DNA from: Microcoleus sp.
Lineage (GTDB): Bacteria > Cyanobacteriota > Cyanobacteriia > Cyanobacteriales > Microcoleaceae
Direction: 5' to 3'
Length of the DNA stretch: 64,000 nt
Assembly (NCBI GenBank): GCA_042408215.1
Contig: JAYFMW010000021.1
Location: forward strand, 8,683-72,682
A program made the translations under genes and the position numbers. Below the pieces are notes generated by a model. The model was not told the origin of the DNA, made no database searches, and was given only the letters and a program-made list of their open reading frames with translations. How positions within the stretch are numbered: the stretch's first letter is position 1; each line of letters opens with the position of its first letter. Positions 32,414 through 41,918 of the stretch are shown in pieces.

Positions 32414-32690
32414 AAATATTGTCTATCAAATCTGAAACTTGAACCGGTGAATCATCAGGTATCGCAGAAGCAGGACTGATCTCAAATCCGTTGACATCGG
32501 AATTATGCCTCTCTCTCTTATCTTCCTCTGCGTACTCTGCGTACTCTGCGGTTTAATCATTCCAATGCAACCAGAATTGATCTGATGCACTGCGACTAAA
32601 GAAACCGGGTTTTTAGGATAAAACTTCGTTACAGCGCACAGATTCGGTAAAATAACCGGTTTCCAGACCCCATGAGTAAACCCTGAATAC

Positions 32691-33893
32691 TCAAATTTTA
32701 ATCTCCCAACCACGGCGATACATTCCATACAAAATCAACCACCAAAATAACACCGCAGTCACAGCAAAGGCTAGGGAACCATTCAGCGGGCCGGCCCACG
32801 GCAAAAACCAGTTTTCGTAAATCCAAGTGTAGGTACTTGGAGCACTTTTGCCACTACCAATATGAGTTTTTAACAGAATTCTGGCGACAATCCCGGAAGC
32901 AACAAACAGGAAAATAGCATTCAATCCCATGATTTCAAACGGCCTCCCCCATTTCCAACCTCGCACTTCTATGGTTTCGTAGCAAACTGCTAGTAATAGC
33001 AACGCCCAACCGGCGGTAAAAATTACATAGGAACTTGTCCAAAGTTGTTTGTTGATGGGAAAGGAAAATCCCCACAAATGGCCGATGACCACGCAACTGA
33101 GACCGCATATTGCTAAGTTTACACTGGTGCGGGTTTTGATTTGCTGTACTCGCAACCATTCTCCTGTAAAGTAGCCTGTGAGGACTGTGACAACTGCTGG
33201 TAAGGTGCTCAACAATCCTTCGGGGTCGAAGGGGCCGCCTTTGTAGAGGTGTTGACTGCCTAGAATTAGTCGATCGACATATCCCCCTAAATTGCCCTCT
33301 GGTGTGAGTTCGCCGGCGCTGTACCCCCCCCCTACAGGTACTAGGGTTAACAGGCTCCAATAGCCGAATAATAGGGCAATGGCGAGGAGTTTTTGGTGGC
33401 GGGGGGAGAGGTTGAGGATGGCGATCGCACCGATAAAATAAGCTAAGCCGATGCGCTGTAATACTCCCATGATGCGGATTTTACTGAAGTTTTCAATGGG
33501 GGCGCTGTTGAGAAGTACGTCAAGGGCGATCGACGATGTGTTTAGCAGCAATCCTAATATAAATAAAATGGCGGCGCGCCTCGCAATCCGCCAGTAGATA
33601 TTTGAAGAAGTCAGAGGGGTTTTTTCTGTCTTTGTTTGTTCCTGTACATCTGTAATTTTCGATGCTTCTGTTTCTGTTTTTGTAGTGGTTTGGGTATATT
33701 TGGATAGGGAAAAGGACATCGCGCAGCCAACGATGAACAAGAAAAAGGGAAATACCAAGTCAGTGGGGGTGCAACCGTGCCATTCTGCGTGTTCTAGGGC
33801 TGGATAAACCTGTTTCCAACTGCCGGGGTTGTTGACTAGAATCATGGAGGCGATCGCAATTCCGCGAAAAACATCAAGGGATTTTAAGCGCAT
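32691..33893 (-). CDS. Heparan-alpha-glucosaminide N-acetyltransferase-like membrane acyltransferase (NagX/DUF5009)
   Basis: RLKSLDVFRG, MILVNNPG, HAEWHG, DLVFPFF, GVLQRI, DPEG and PINKQLWT motifs. Confidence 0.9.
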   Translation of the reverse strand: MRLKSLDVFRGIAIASMILVNNPGSWKQVYPALEHAEWHGCTPTDLVFPFFLFIVGCAMSFSLSKYTQTTTKTETEASKITDVQEQTKTEKTPLTSSNIYWRIARRAAILFILGLLLNTSSIALDVLLNSAPIENFSKIRIMGVLQRIGLAYFIGAIAILNLSPRHQKLLAIALLFGYWSLLTLVPVGGGYSAGELTPEGNLGGYVDRLILGSQHLYKGGPFDPEGLLSTLPAVVTVLTGYFTGEWLRVQQIKTRTSVNLAICGLSCVVIGHLWGFSFPINKQLWTSSYVIFTAGWALLLLAVCYETIEVRGWKWGRPFEIMGLNAIFLFVASGIVARILLKTHIGSGKSAPSTYTWIYENWFLPWAGPLNGSLAFAVTAVLFWWLILYGMYRRGWEIKI

Positions 33894-33902
33894 AAATAAG
33901 TC

Positions 33903-34543
33903 TGTTGTTATTGGTTATTGGTTATTTGTTATTTGTTATTTGTTATTTGTTATTTGTTGTTGACTGTTGTCTGTTGACGGTTGTCTGTTGACGGTTGACT
34001 GTTGACGGTTGTCTGTTGACTGTTGACTGTTGACTGTTGACGGTTGACTGTTGACTGTTGACTGTTGACTGTTGTCTGTTGACTGTTGACGGTTGACTGT
34101 TGTCTGTTGTCTGTTGTCTGTTGTCTGTTGTCTGTTGTCTGTTGACTGTTGTCTGTTGACTGTTGACTGTTGACTGTTGTCTGTTGTCTGTTGACTGTTG
34201 ACTGTTGACTGTTGACTGTTGACGGTTGACTGTTGACGGTTGTCTGTTGACTGTTGACTGTTGACCGCTAACTGTTACCAATTCCCAATTCCCAATTCCC
34301 AATTCCCAATTCCCAATTCCCAATGACCAATTCCCAATGACCAATTCCCAATTCCCAATTCCCAATGACCAATTCCCAATGACCAATTCCCAATGACCAA
34401 TTCCCAATGACCAATTCCCAATTCCCAATTCCCAATTCCCAATGACCAATTCCCAATTCCCAATTCCCAATGACCAATGACCAATTCCCAATTCCCAATT
34501 CCCAATGACCAATTCCCAATTCCCAATGACCAATTCCCAATTA
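33903..34543. repeat. Large compound STRR array (TTATTTG, TTGACTG/TTGTCTG, CCAATTC/CCAATGA)
   Basis: About 640 bp of heptamer repeats in three blocks. Confidence 0.92.
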
Positions 34544-34544
34544 C

Positions 34545-35933
34545 CTATATCTCTATCCCTTCCACAGTCAAAATCACCCCATTTTTCATCAACGTATCGC
34601 AGCGTTCTACATAAAAATTTGCTGCTTTGTCCTGTTTGTTGACTTGCAATACGCGCAAAAACATTTGTTTTGCTTGGGCGAATTGCTGCTGGTAGTGGAA
34701 AAAAATCCCCTGTTCAAAATAAGTTTGGGTTTGTGCTTTTAGTTCGATCATGATATCGGAGTCGCCGTCGTAAATTTCAAATACAGCAACAGGCGTTTGT
34801 TTTCCTTTGACTTGAACGCGATCGAGAAATCGGCACTTGTACTGTTGGGGGTCGTCGATGCGGCAAAGAGTTTGGACGCTAGCTACAATACCAACTCCGT
34901 AAAGCTTTGTCAATCCTTCCACGCGGGAGGCTAAATTAACTGCATCGGAAATCACCGTACTTTCCATTCGTTCCGCTTCGCCAATCGTACCTAACATTAA
35001 AGTTCCAGTATGCAAGCCAATGCCGATCGAAATAGGTTGATAGCCGCTATTTTGCCTGTGTTTATTATAAATTTTAACTTGCTGCTGCATCTCAATTGCT
35101 GCTTGCACGGCATCTTCGGCGCAGTTGGGAAACAAAGCCATAATGCCGTCGCCAATATATTTGTCTATAAAGCCGTTGTACTGGCGAATCACAGGCCCAA
35201 CTCGACTCAAGTAAGAGTTTATAAAATCAAAATTATCTCTGGGAGACATACTTTCTGACAGACTTGTAAATGAGCGAATGTCGGCAAACATAATCGTCAT
35301 TTCTGCCTGTACAGAGTCTCCCAATCTGGCATCAACGATGCTTTCTCTTTTGAGAAATTTCAAAAATTCGCGGGGGACAAAACGGGCTGACGCGGCAGCA
35401 ATTTTTTCGAGTTCGCTTTTGCTGGATTCGATTTGATTGAGGGAGCTAAATGATCTCAGTGCTGTTACTACTGTGGTAAATAATTTCTTATTAGTCAGTT
35501 CGGTTTTGGTTTTGTAATCATTGATATCGTAGCTGACAATTACTACATCTTCTGGTACTTGTCCCGGCTGTCCAGTACGCAAAATAATCCGCACTATCTT
35601 ATTGCCTAAAATATCGCGGATGTATTTAACTACTGCCAAGCCTGCCTCTTCCGTTTCCATAACTACATCGAGCAAAATCAATGCTATGTCCTGGTTATCT
35701 TTGATAATTTCTTTGGCTTCCTTGCCTGAGTAAGCGCTGATAAATGTTATGAATTTATTTTCAAATGTAAAGTCTTTTAATGCCAGTTTCGTAATAGTGT
35801 GAATCTCGATCTCGTCGTCTACAATTAACACTTTCCAACTGGATTCTATCGGTTTTTGTTCCAAAGCGTCTTCTTCGATAAATATTAAGTCTTCGTCTTC
35901 AGCGTCGAATATTTTTTTACTAGCTTCTGACAT
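34545..35933 (-). CDS. Response regulator receiver plus class III adenylate/guanylate cyclase
   Basis: REC domain (LIVDDE, LLDVVM); cyclase motifs [22 protein letters not shown] and VKGK. Confidence 0.92.
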   Translation of the reverse strand: MSEASKKIFDAEDEDLIFIEEDALEQKPIESSWKVLIVDDEIEIHTITKLALKDFTFENKFITFISAYSGKEAKEIIKDNQDIALILLDVVMETEEAGLAVVKYIRDILGNKIVRIILRTGQPGQVPEDVVIVSYDINDYKTKTELTNKKLFTTVVTALRSFSSLNQIESSKSELEKIAAASARFVPREFLKFLKRESIVDARLGDSVQAEMTIMFADIRSFTSLSESMSPRDNFDFINSYLSRVGPVIRQYNGFIDKYIGDGIMALFPNCAEDAVQAAIEMQQQVKIYNKHRQNSGYQPISIGIGLHTGTLMLGTIGEAERMESTVISDAVNLASRVEGLTKLYGVGIVASVQTLCRIDDPQQYKCRFLDRVQVKGKQTPVAVFEIYDGDSDIMIELKAQTQTYFEQGIFFHYQQQFAQAKQMFLRVLQVNKQDKAANFYVERCDTLMKNGVILTVEGIEI

Positions 35934-35975
35934 TTTTTTCTCCTAAATATTATTTTATTAACGCTGGCATAATAA

Positions 35976-37148
35976 CTAATTACCAATTTTAGCGGGAAAT
36001 TTAATCAAAAATTTTGTGCCCTGACCTAGTTGACTTTGGCATTTAATTGTGCCTTGAAGTTTTTGATTTACGAGATTGTAAATAATGTGCAATCCCAATC
36101 CAGTGCCGCCCTGACCTCTTTTGGTAGTAAAGAAAGGTTCAAAAATTTTACTGATATTTTCTGGGGTAATTCCTTTGCCATTATCGGCATATTCAAATAC
36201 TAACAGCTCGCCATCTAGTTGAAAATAAAAGGTGAGAACTCCTTCGTCGTCTGGCTCATAAGCGTGAATTAGGGAGTTGATCACCAGATTTGTCACAATT
36301 TGATAGAACACGCCTGGGTAACTGTCCAGTACAATGTTTTCATCGCAATTAACCTCTACTTTGTGTTTAGTTGTTCTCAGTTTTGCTGTTAAGGATGTCA
36401 AAATTTCCTCGAGATATTTTTTCACTTGAAAAGTTCGTTTTAATTCACTGGATTGATCGACTGCCACTTCTTTAAAACTGTGGATCAAGTCGGCCGCCCG
36501 CGTGAGGTTAGCCAATATCATATTACTACTTTGCATCGTGATATCCAGAAATTTTTCTAACTCCGAGCGTTTAATTTGACCGTTGCTGTAAATCTCGCAG
36601 AATTTTGTGACTTTTTCAGCTAGCAGCGAGGCGGCGGCGATACCAATGCCGATGGGAGTATTGATTTCGTGGGCAACACCTGCAACTAACCCGCCGAGGG
36701 CGGCCATTTTTTCCGATTCTACCAGTTGATTTTGGGTAGATTTTAGGTCTGCTAAAGTTTGGGATAGTTCGGAGGTACGCTGTTGTACTAACTGTTCGAG
36801 ATTCTGATTAAATTGCTGCAAATTATTGTGCATTTCAATATTAGTTGGAATGGAGACAGAAGTTAGCCACTGCTGGTATTTTGATTCTAAATGCGCTGCT
36901 TGGGCTTTGGCATCACAGCGCTGATAGCAAGAGTGCGATTCTGTCAAGTAAATTTTGGCAATTTTTGCTCGTCCTAGGGACAGATAAAATGCTCCGGCTA
37001 ATTCTGCTGCTAATGCTTGTTCGTGGATGTGTCCGTTGTCTTCCGCTCCTTGAATTGCCCGATCGTAATATTCCATTGCTTCGACAATATTGCCCGTTAC
37101 TCGCGCTTTTTCTGCTGCTACTAAGTCGTCGTTGTCCTGATAATTCAT
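35976..37148 (-). CDS. Sensor histidine kinase with an N-terminal TPR-like fragment of an HstK-type kinase
   Basis: H-box VAHEINTP, N-box NLVINS, G-box GGTGLGL. Confidence 0.9.
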   Translation of the reverse strand: MNYQDNDDLVAAEKARVTGNIVEAMEYYDRAIQGAEDNGHIHEQALAAELAGAFYLSLGRAKIAKIYLTESHSCYQRCDAKAQAAHLESKYQQWLTSVSIPTNIEMHNNLQQFNQNLEQLVQQRTSELSQTLADLKSTQNQLVESEKMAALGGLVAGVAHEINTPIGIGIAAASLLAEKVTKFCEIYSNGQIKRSELEKFLDITMQSSNMILANLTRAADLIHSFKEVAVDQSSELKRTFQVKKYLEEILTSLTAKLRTTKHKVEVNCDENIVLDSYPGVFYQIVTNLVINSLIHAYEPDDEGVLTFYFQLDGELLVFEYADNGKGITPENISKIFEPFFTTKRGQGGTGLGLHIIYNLVNQKLQGTIKCQSQLGQGTKFLIKFPAKIGN

Positions 37149-37410
37149 GGATCAAAAATTCCTTTATTATGCTTTTTTTATTTTTTTGACTAAAAATATG
37201 CTCAATTTCAAACAGGAAGATTATGGAATCTCCCCATATATCGGGGCAATTACGGGGAGATTACTCCTACAAAAAACTAGAGATAGATGCTCTGCGGAAT
37301 TCCTAATCTACATTCTAGCCTTCAAAAAATCAAAAACTGCGCTTTGCGATCGCAGCAGTGCAAAAATAAACTGGTGGGTGCAAATCCAAAGCTAAAATCA
37401 AAAAACAATT

Positions 37411-38277
37411 ATGCAGAATATAATGGCCTCACATCGGGCCTCTGGCGGCGCTGAGATTAAACTACTGGTAGTGGATATCGATGGCACGATCGCAGGAAAG
37501 TCCAATGAGATCCGAGAACCGGTCAAACAGGCAATTTTGGCAGCCCACTCGCGGGGAATCAAAGTTGCAGTCGCTACGGGTAGAATGTATCGATCGGCTT
37601 TACGATTTCACCGGGATATTGGCTCAACTTTGCCCCTGATTTGCTACCAAGGTGCGTGGATTCAAGATCCCGCTACTCAAAAAATGCTCCGCCACCAGCC
37701 GCTGTCGAAACAAAGGGCTCTGGAATTGTTGGAGCATTTTGAAGAACCGCATTTACGATCGCTCCTTTCGGTGAATTTTTACATCAACGACCAACTTTAT
37801 GTACCGGAAATTACCGCCGCCACCAGACTTTACGCCGAACGATCGGGAATTGAACCAATTGCTATTACAGACTTCCGGCGAGATATTCCGGGTGAACCGA
37901 CTAAAGTTTTGGCTTTGTGCAAAAATTCGGGGGTTCTCGACGGCTTGCTCAGTAGTATGCGCGATCGCTACACGCCTGCGGAACTGTATTTGACTCGCTC
38001 GGTTGCTACTTTTTTTGAAGCTACTCATCCTTTGGCGAATAAGGGAGCAGCAGTGCAATACATAGCGGAGGACTTGTTGGGGTTGCGGCCGGAGAACGTG
38101 ATGGCGATCGGCGACAATTTTAATGATGTGGAAATGATCTCTTATGCGGGCGTGGGTGTGGCGATGGGTAATGCTCCCGATGCTGTGAAAGCTGGTGCTA
38201 ACTGGGTGGCGCCGGATGTGGAGGAAGACGGGGTGGCTGCTGCGATCGAAGAATTTGTTTTGGGCGATCGATCGTAA
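37411..38277 (+). CDS. Cof-type HAD-IIB family hydrolase
   Basis: DIDGT, ATGR, NKG, GDNFND and AMGNA motifs. Confidence 0.93.
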   Translation: MQNIMASHRASGGAEIKLLVVDIDGTIAGKSNEIREPVKQAILAAHSRGIKVAVATGRMYRSALRFHRDIGSTLPLICYQGAWIQDPATQKMLRHQPLSKQRALELLEHFEEPHLRSLLSVNFYINDQLYVPEITAATRLYAERSGIEPIAITDFRRDIPGEPTKVLALCKNSGVLDGLLSSMRDRYTPAELYLTRSVATFFEATHPLANKGAAVQYIAEDLLGLRPENVMAIGDNFNDVEMISYAGVGVAMGNAPDAVKAGANWVAPDVEEDGVAAAIEEFVLGDRS

Positions 38278-38290
38278 CTTCATAAATACA

Positions 38291-38457
38291 GTAGGGGCGG
38301 GTTTTACAAACAATAATTGCCGAAAACTAACAATATAGTAAACCCGCCCCCACCCACCATCAATCGCAATCCAGCTCTTTCAAAATACAATATACAACGG
38401 GCGGGTTTATAGATATTTTGTTGGTGAATTATAGATTCTGGCGAACCCGCCCCTACA
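38291..38457. repeat. REP/REPIN-like pair (GTAGGGGCGGG family)
   Basis: Two inverted hairpin units. Confidence 0.75.
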
Positions 38458-38507
38458 GTCCCTACAGGATGGGAATTTAGATAGTTCAAAACTTTTAAAA
38501 ATGGGTT

Positions 38508-38576
38508 TCAACAGAAAGAACACCGACGACTGGCCGTGTTTCGTCTCGGTGTTCTTACTGGTTCGCTCCTCACACG
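38508..38576 (-). ncRNA. yfr2: Yfr2-family cyanobacterial sRNA
   Basis: The minus strand reads GTGTGAGGAGCGAACC followed by a stem AAGAACACCGA...TCGGTGTTCTT with a GAAACACGG loop, the hallmarks of Yfr2. Confidence 0.85.
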
Positions 38577-38582
38577 TCCATC

Positions 38583-38611
38583 ACTCTACCCGACTCAGCA
38601 AAGTCTGTCAA
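38583..38611 (-). promoter_or_regulatory. Promoter of Yfr2
   Basis: TTGACA-17 nt-TAGAGT, ending ~7 nt before the predicted 5' end. Confidence 0.75.
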
Positions 38612-38708
38612 GACTTTTTACAAAACTTTTTTTCCCAGTCGTCCGATCGGGGACACCAAAGCCCTGAAACCCTTCCCCACAAAGGAGAAGGATGATTTTT
38701 GCAACTGC

Positions 38709-39599
38709 TCAATTCAACTCGGCCATCCAGTCCAAAATCAGAGAATTGACTTCACTGGGCCGCTCATCGTGGGGACAGTGGCCCGTGTTGGGAATCGCAA
38801 CAAATTTAACCGATCGCCCATCATCGGCCAATTCCTGATAGATTTTACTACCTGCGATCGGTGTCCAGGGGTCGTCTGCGCCCCAAAGTACCAATAACGG
38901 GCGATCGACTTTGGGCAGCAATTCCGACGGTTGAGGGCCCGCTGGGGCTGTCAGAATCGAGGCAAAAACTTGTTGAGCTCCGGGCTCGCAGGAGGGGGCG
39001 TGCAGGAGTTCTACGAGTTCGTCGGTGATGGCTTCGCGGTTCCCGTAGACTTGGCGCAGGGTGTTGCGGATGCGGTGTTTCTGGCGGATGTTGTTGAACA
39101 GAAATGGGCCGAGGATGGGCGATCGAACTAATTTAGTAAAAGTCCCCATCACCACTCGCAGCGGGAAATTAAGTTCATCTGGACGGTGGTTGAGTCCACC
39201 GGCACAGTTAATTAAAATACCCCCGGCTGATATTTCGGGATGGTTGGCGACTACCATCAAACTCAACAAAGCGCCGATCGAATTCCCAACAAAAACAGCC
39301 GGTTCCTGTACAAGTTCCCCCCAGAAATCTGTGAGCAATTCTTCCCACAATTCCAGAGTGTAATCTAGGGCTGGTTTAGCGGAAGCACCGAATCCCAGCA
39401 AGTCTAGAGCAAATACTCGGTAGCCGCCGGCAGCCAGTGCGGGGATGTTTTGTCTCCAATGTCCGATCGAAGCCCCAAAGCCGTGAATTAAGATGAGAGG
39501 GCGGCCGGTTCCCTGAACCGTATATTGAATTTTGTGACCTTTCCAAGTCCAAATTAATTTTTCAAAGCTGGTTGTAGATACTAATTGTTGTGCAGTCAC
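38709..39599 (-). CDS. Alpha/beta fold hydrolase
   Basis: HGFG, DLLGFG, GNSIG nucleophile elbow, WGADD and GHCPHDE. Confidence 0.92.
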   Translation of the reverse strand: MTAQQLVSTTSFEKLIWTWKGHKIQYTVQGTGRPLILIHGFGASIGHWRQNIPALAAGGYRVFALDLLGFGASAKPALDYTLELWEELLTDFWGELVQEPAVFVGNSIGALLSLMVVANHPEISAGGILINCAGGLNHRPDELNFPLRVVMGTFTKLVRSPILGPFLFNNIRQKHRIRNTLRQVYGNREAITDELVELLHAPSCEPGAQQVFASILTAPAGPQPSELLPKVDRPLLVLWGADDPWTPIAGSKIYQELADDGRSVKFVAIPNTGHCPHDERPSEVNSLILDWMAELN

Positions 39600-39636
39600 G
39601 GCTGTTATGTAAAGTTTCGTTACACCTCATAGCAGA

Positions 39637-39880
39637 AGTCATTAGTCATTAGTCAGTAGTCAGTAGTCAGTAGTCATTAGTCAGTGGTCATTGGTCATTG
39701 GTCATTAGTCATTAGTCATTAGTTACTCGGTTGGGGCAGCCAATAACCTAGTGCCCCATACGCCATGCCCCATGCCCCATGCCCCATGCCCCATGCCCCA
39801 TGCCCCATGCCCCATGCCCCATGCCCCATGCCCCATGCCCTATGCCCCATGCCCTATGCCCTATGCCCTATGCCCAATTC
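39637..39880. repeat. STRR arrays (GTCATTA/GTCAGTA)n and (TGCCCCA)n
   Basis: Heptamer tandem repeats. Confidence 0.9.
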
Positions 39881-39887
39881 CCACTAA

Positions 39888-41918
39888 TTACCTTTTTTCG
39901 AGCAGCCAATAAGTAATCATATCTCCCTTACCTTTCACCGGAATCACACCACGCTTCTCAAATAAATACTGATCTTTCAAAAGCTCATAAGTAACATCAG
40001 TAACTTGAATACCGCCTGCAAATCCCGTAACTTCCATCCTCGACGCCACATTCACAGTATCTCCCCACAAATCGTAAGTAAACTTGCTAACCCCAATCAC
40101 TCCCGCAACTACTGGCCCGGAATTGATGCCGACGCGAATTGCCAATTTTTCCCCGGTTTCGGCGGACAACTTTGCTATTTTTGCTTGCATTCCCAGGGCC
40201 ATTTGGGCGATCGCCTCAGCGTGGTCATCTCTCGGTGTAGGCAACCCCCCAACTACCATATAAGCGTCACCAATAGTCTTAATTTTCTCCACACCGTACA
40301 TTTCAGCTAACTGGTCGAAGTGGGAAAAAATCACGTTCAATCGCTTTACCAGTTCCGTAGGAGACATTCTAGCCGACAACTCAGTAAAGCCAACAATGTC
40401 AGCAAATAAAACAGTTACTTCTTCAAAACAGTCAGCAATTGTGCTTGGCTCTAATTTCAATCGTTCTGCTATTGCTTTAGGCAAAATATTTAACAGCAAT
40501 TTCTCACTTTGTTCCTGTTGAACCTTCAGCGCTTCTTGGGCTGATTTGCGCTCCGTAATGTCAGAAACAGTACCTTCATAGTAGATCAGCACACCTTTTG
40601 AATCTCGAACTGCGCGGACATTTTCTGAGATCCAAATTCTCCGACCATCCTGGCGACACACCATAGATTCAAACCCAGACACAGCATGATCCGCTTCCAT
40701 AGCAGCAATGAATTCGAGGCGGCGCGAGGGGTCAACATAAAGTTGATCGGAAATATTTTTCACACTGAAAATTAACTCTGAGGGCGAGTCGTAACCGTAC
40801 AATTTTGCCAAAGCAGGATTAGCGCTGAGATAGCCACCATCAGGCGTACTTTGAAAAATACCTTCGATCGCATTTTCTACGATACTGTGATATCTTTCTT
40901 CAGCAATTCGCCGCGCTTCTTCTGCTTGTTTGCGCTGAATTAAAGAACCTAATTGAGTGCCGATCGCCTTAAATAAATCTATGAATCGCTGGTCTTTTAG
41001 ACATGGCAAAATCTTAAAAAAAACCAGCACTGCCAATACTTCATCACCCACTAAAATAGGCACGCCACAACCTGCTTTAAATCCGGTCTCTACTGCTATT
41101 TTACTGAGGAGAAAATCTGGGTAGCCCGCCAGGGAAAAATCTTCTACCCATTCAGGTTGCTGAGATGCCCAAACTCGTCCCGGTAGCCCTATATTCAGGG
41201 GAAATGTCAACTTTTCGCTTTCGCTACGGAATGATGCCATGCTGGTGTTGCTGGCATACCAACCCCGGCTGGATTGCAGGACAATTCCTTCTTTATCAGG
41301 AATCCAAGCTTCTCCTACATCCCATCCTATAGTTTCGCCAACTTGGTGTAAAATTGCTTCTAAAGCCGAGTGAAAGTCTACAGATTCGCCGATCGCCCGC
41401 GTAGTTTCCAGCAAAAACCGGATTTCTTCTTCAGCCCGCTGTCGTTCCGCAATTTCTTGCTGCAATCTAGAATTGCGATCGTGCAATTCCCTAGCTTGTT
41501 GTTGAAGTTTTGATTGCAAAGAACGAAGAGAAAGTTGATTTTCTACGCGGGCCAAAACTTCTTCTATTTGAAACGGCTTAGTAATATAGTCCACTCCTCC
41601 TACTTGAAAAGCTTTTACTTTTTCTAATACATCATCTAGCGCGCTAATAAAAATGATCGGAATATCTTTAGTATTGTCACTTTTTTTTAACTTTTGACAA
41701 ACTTCATAGCCGTTCATTTCCGGCATATTAATATCTAGCAAAATTAGGTCGGGGGGAGCTATTTGCGCCCCTTGCAGAGCAACTTTCCCGCTAATTGCTT
41801 TCCTAACTTGATACCCGTAGGATGCAAGCATAGTTGATAAAAGTCGCAAATTATCCGGCGTATCGTCAACGATCAGAATATTTCTACAGGTCACTGGCAG
41901 TGGATGGTCGTTCATCAT
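39888..41918 (-). CDS. Adenylate cyclase with REC, GAF and PAS domains
   Basis: REC (IVDD, LLDINMP), GAF, PAS; cyclase motifs FADIVGFT, KIKTIGDAYM, YDLWGDTVNVASRM and VKGKG. Confidence 0.93.
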   Translation of the reverse strand: MMNDHPLPVTCRNILIVDDTPDNLRLLSTMLASYGYQVRKAISGKVALQGAQIAPPDLILLDINMPEMNGYEVCQKLKKSDNTKDIPIIFISALDDVLEKVKAFQVGGVDYITKPFQIEEVLARVENQLSLRSLQSKLQQQARELHDRNSRLQQEIAERQRAEEEIRFLLETTRAIGESVDFHSALEAILHQVGETIGWDVGEAWIPDKEGIVLQSSRGWYASNTSMASFRSESEKLTFPLNIGLPGRVWASQQPEWVEDFSLAGYPDFLLSKIAVETGFKAGCGVPILVGDEVLAVLVFFKILPCLKDQRFIDLFKAIGTQLGSLIQRKQAEEARRIAEERYHSIVENAIEGIFQSTPDGGYLSANPALAKLYGYDSPSELIFSVKNISDQLYVDPSRRLEFIAAMEADHAVSGFESMVCRQDGRRIWISENVRAVRDSKGVLIYYEGTVSDITERKSAQEALKVQQEQSEKLLLNILPKAIAERLKLEPSTIADCFEEVTVLFADIVGFTELSARMSPTELVKRLNVIFSHFDQLAEMYGVEKIKTIGDAYMVVGGLPTPRDDHAEAIAQMALGMQAKIAKLSAETGEKLAIRVGINSGPVVAGVIGVSKFTYDLWGDTVNVASRMEVTGFAGGIQVTDVTYELLKDQYLFEKRGVIPVKGKGDMITYWLLEKR

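Noticed and set aside
33943..34540. 196-aa and overlapping repeat ORFs (GIGNWEL / STVNRQQ)
   Set aside because: Entirely STRR-derived; no RBS or domain evidence.
37753..38313. 186-aa antisense ORF and similar shadow ORFs (e.g. 21148-21669, 32935-33360)
   Set aside because: They lie within well-supported genes (antisense or alternative frame) and show no recognisable motifs.
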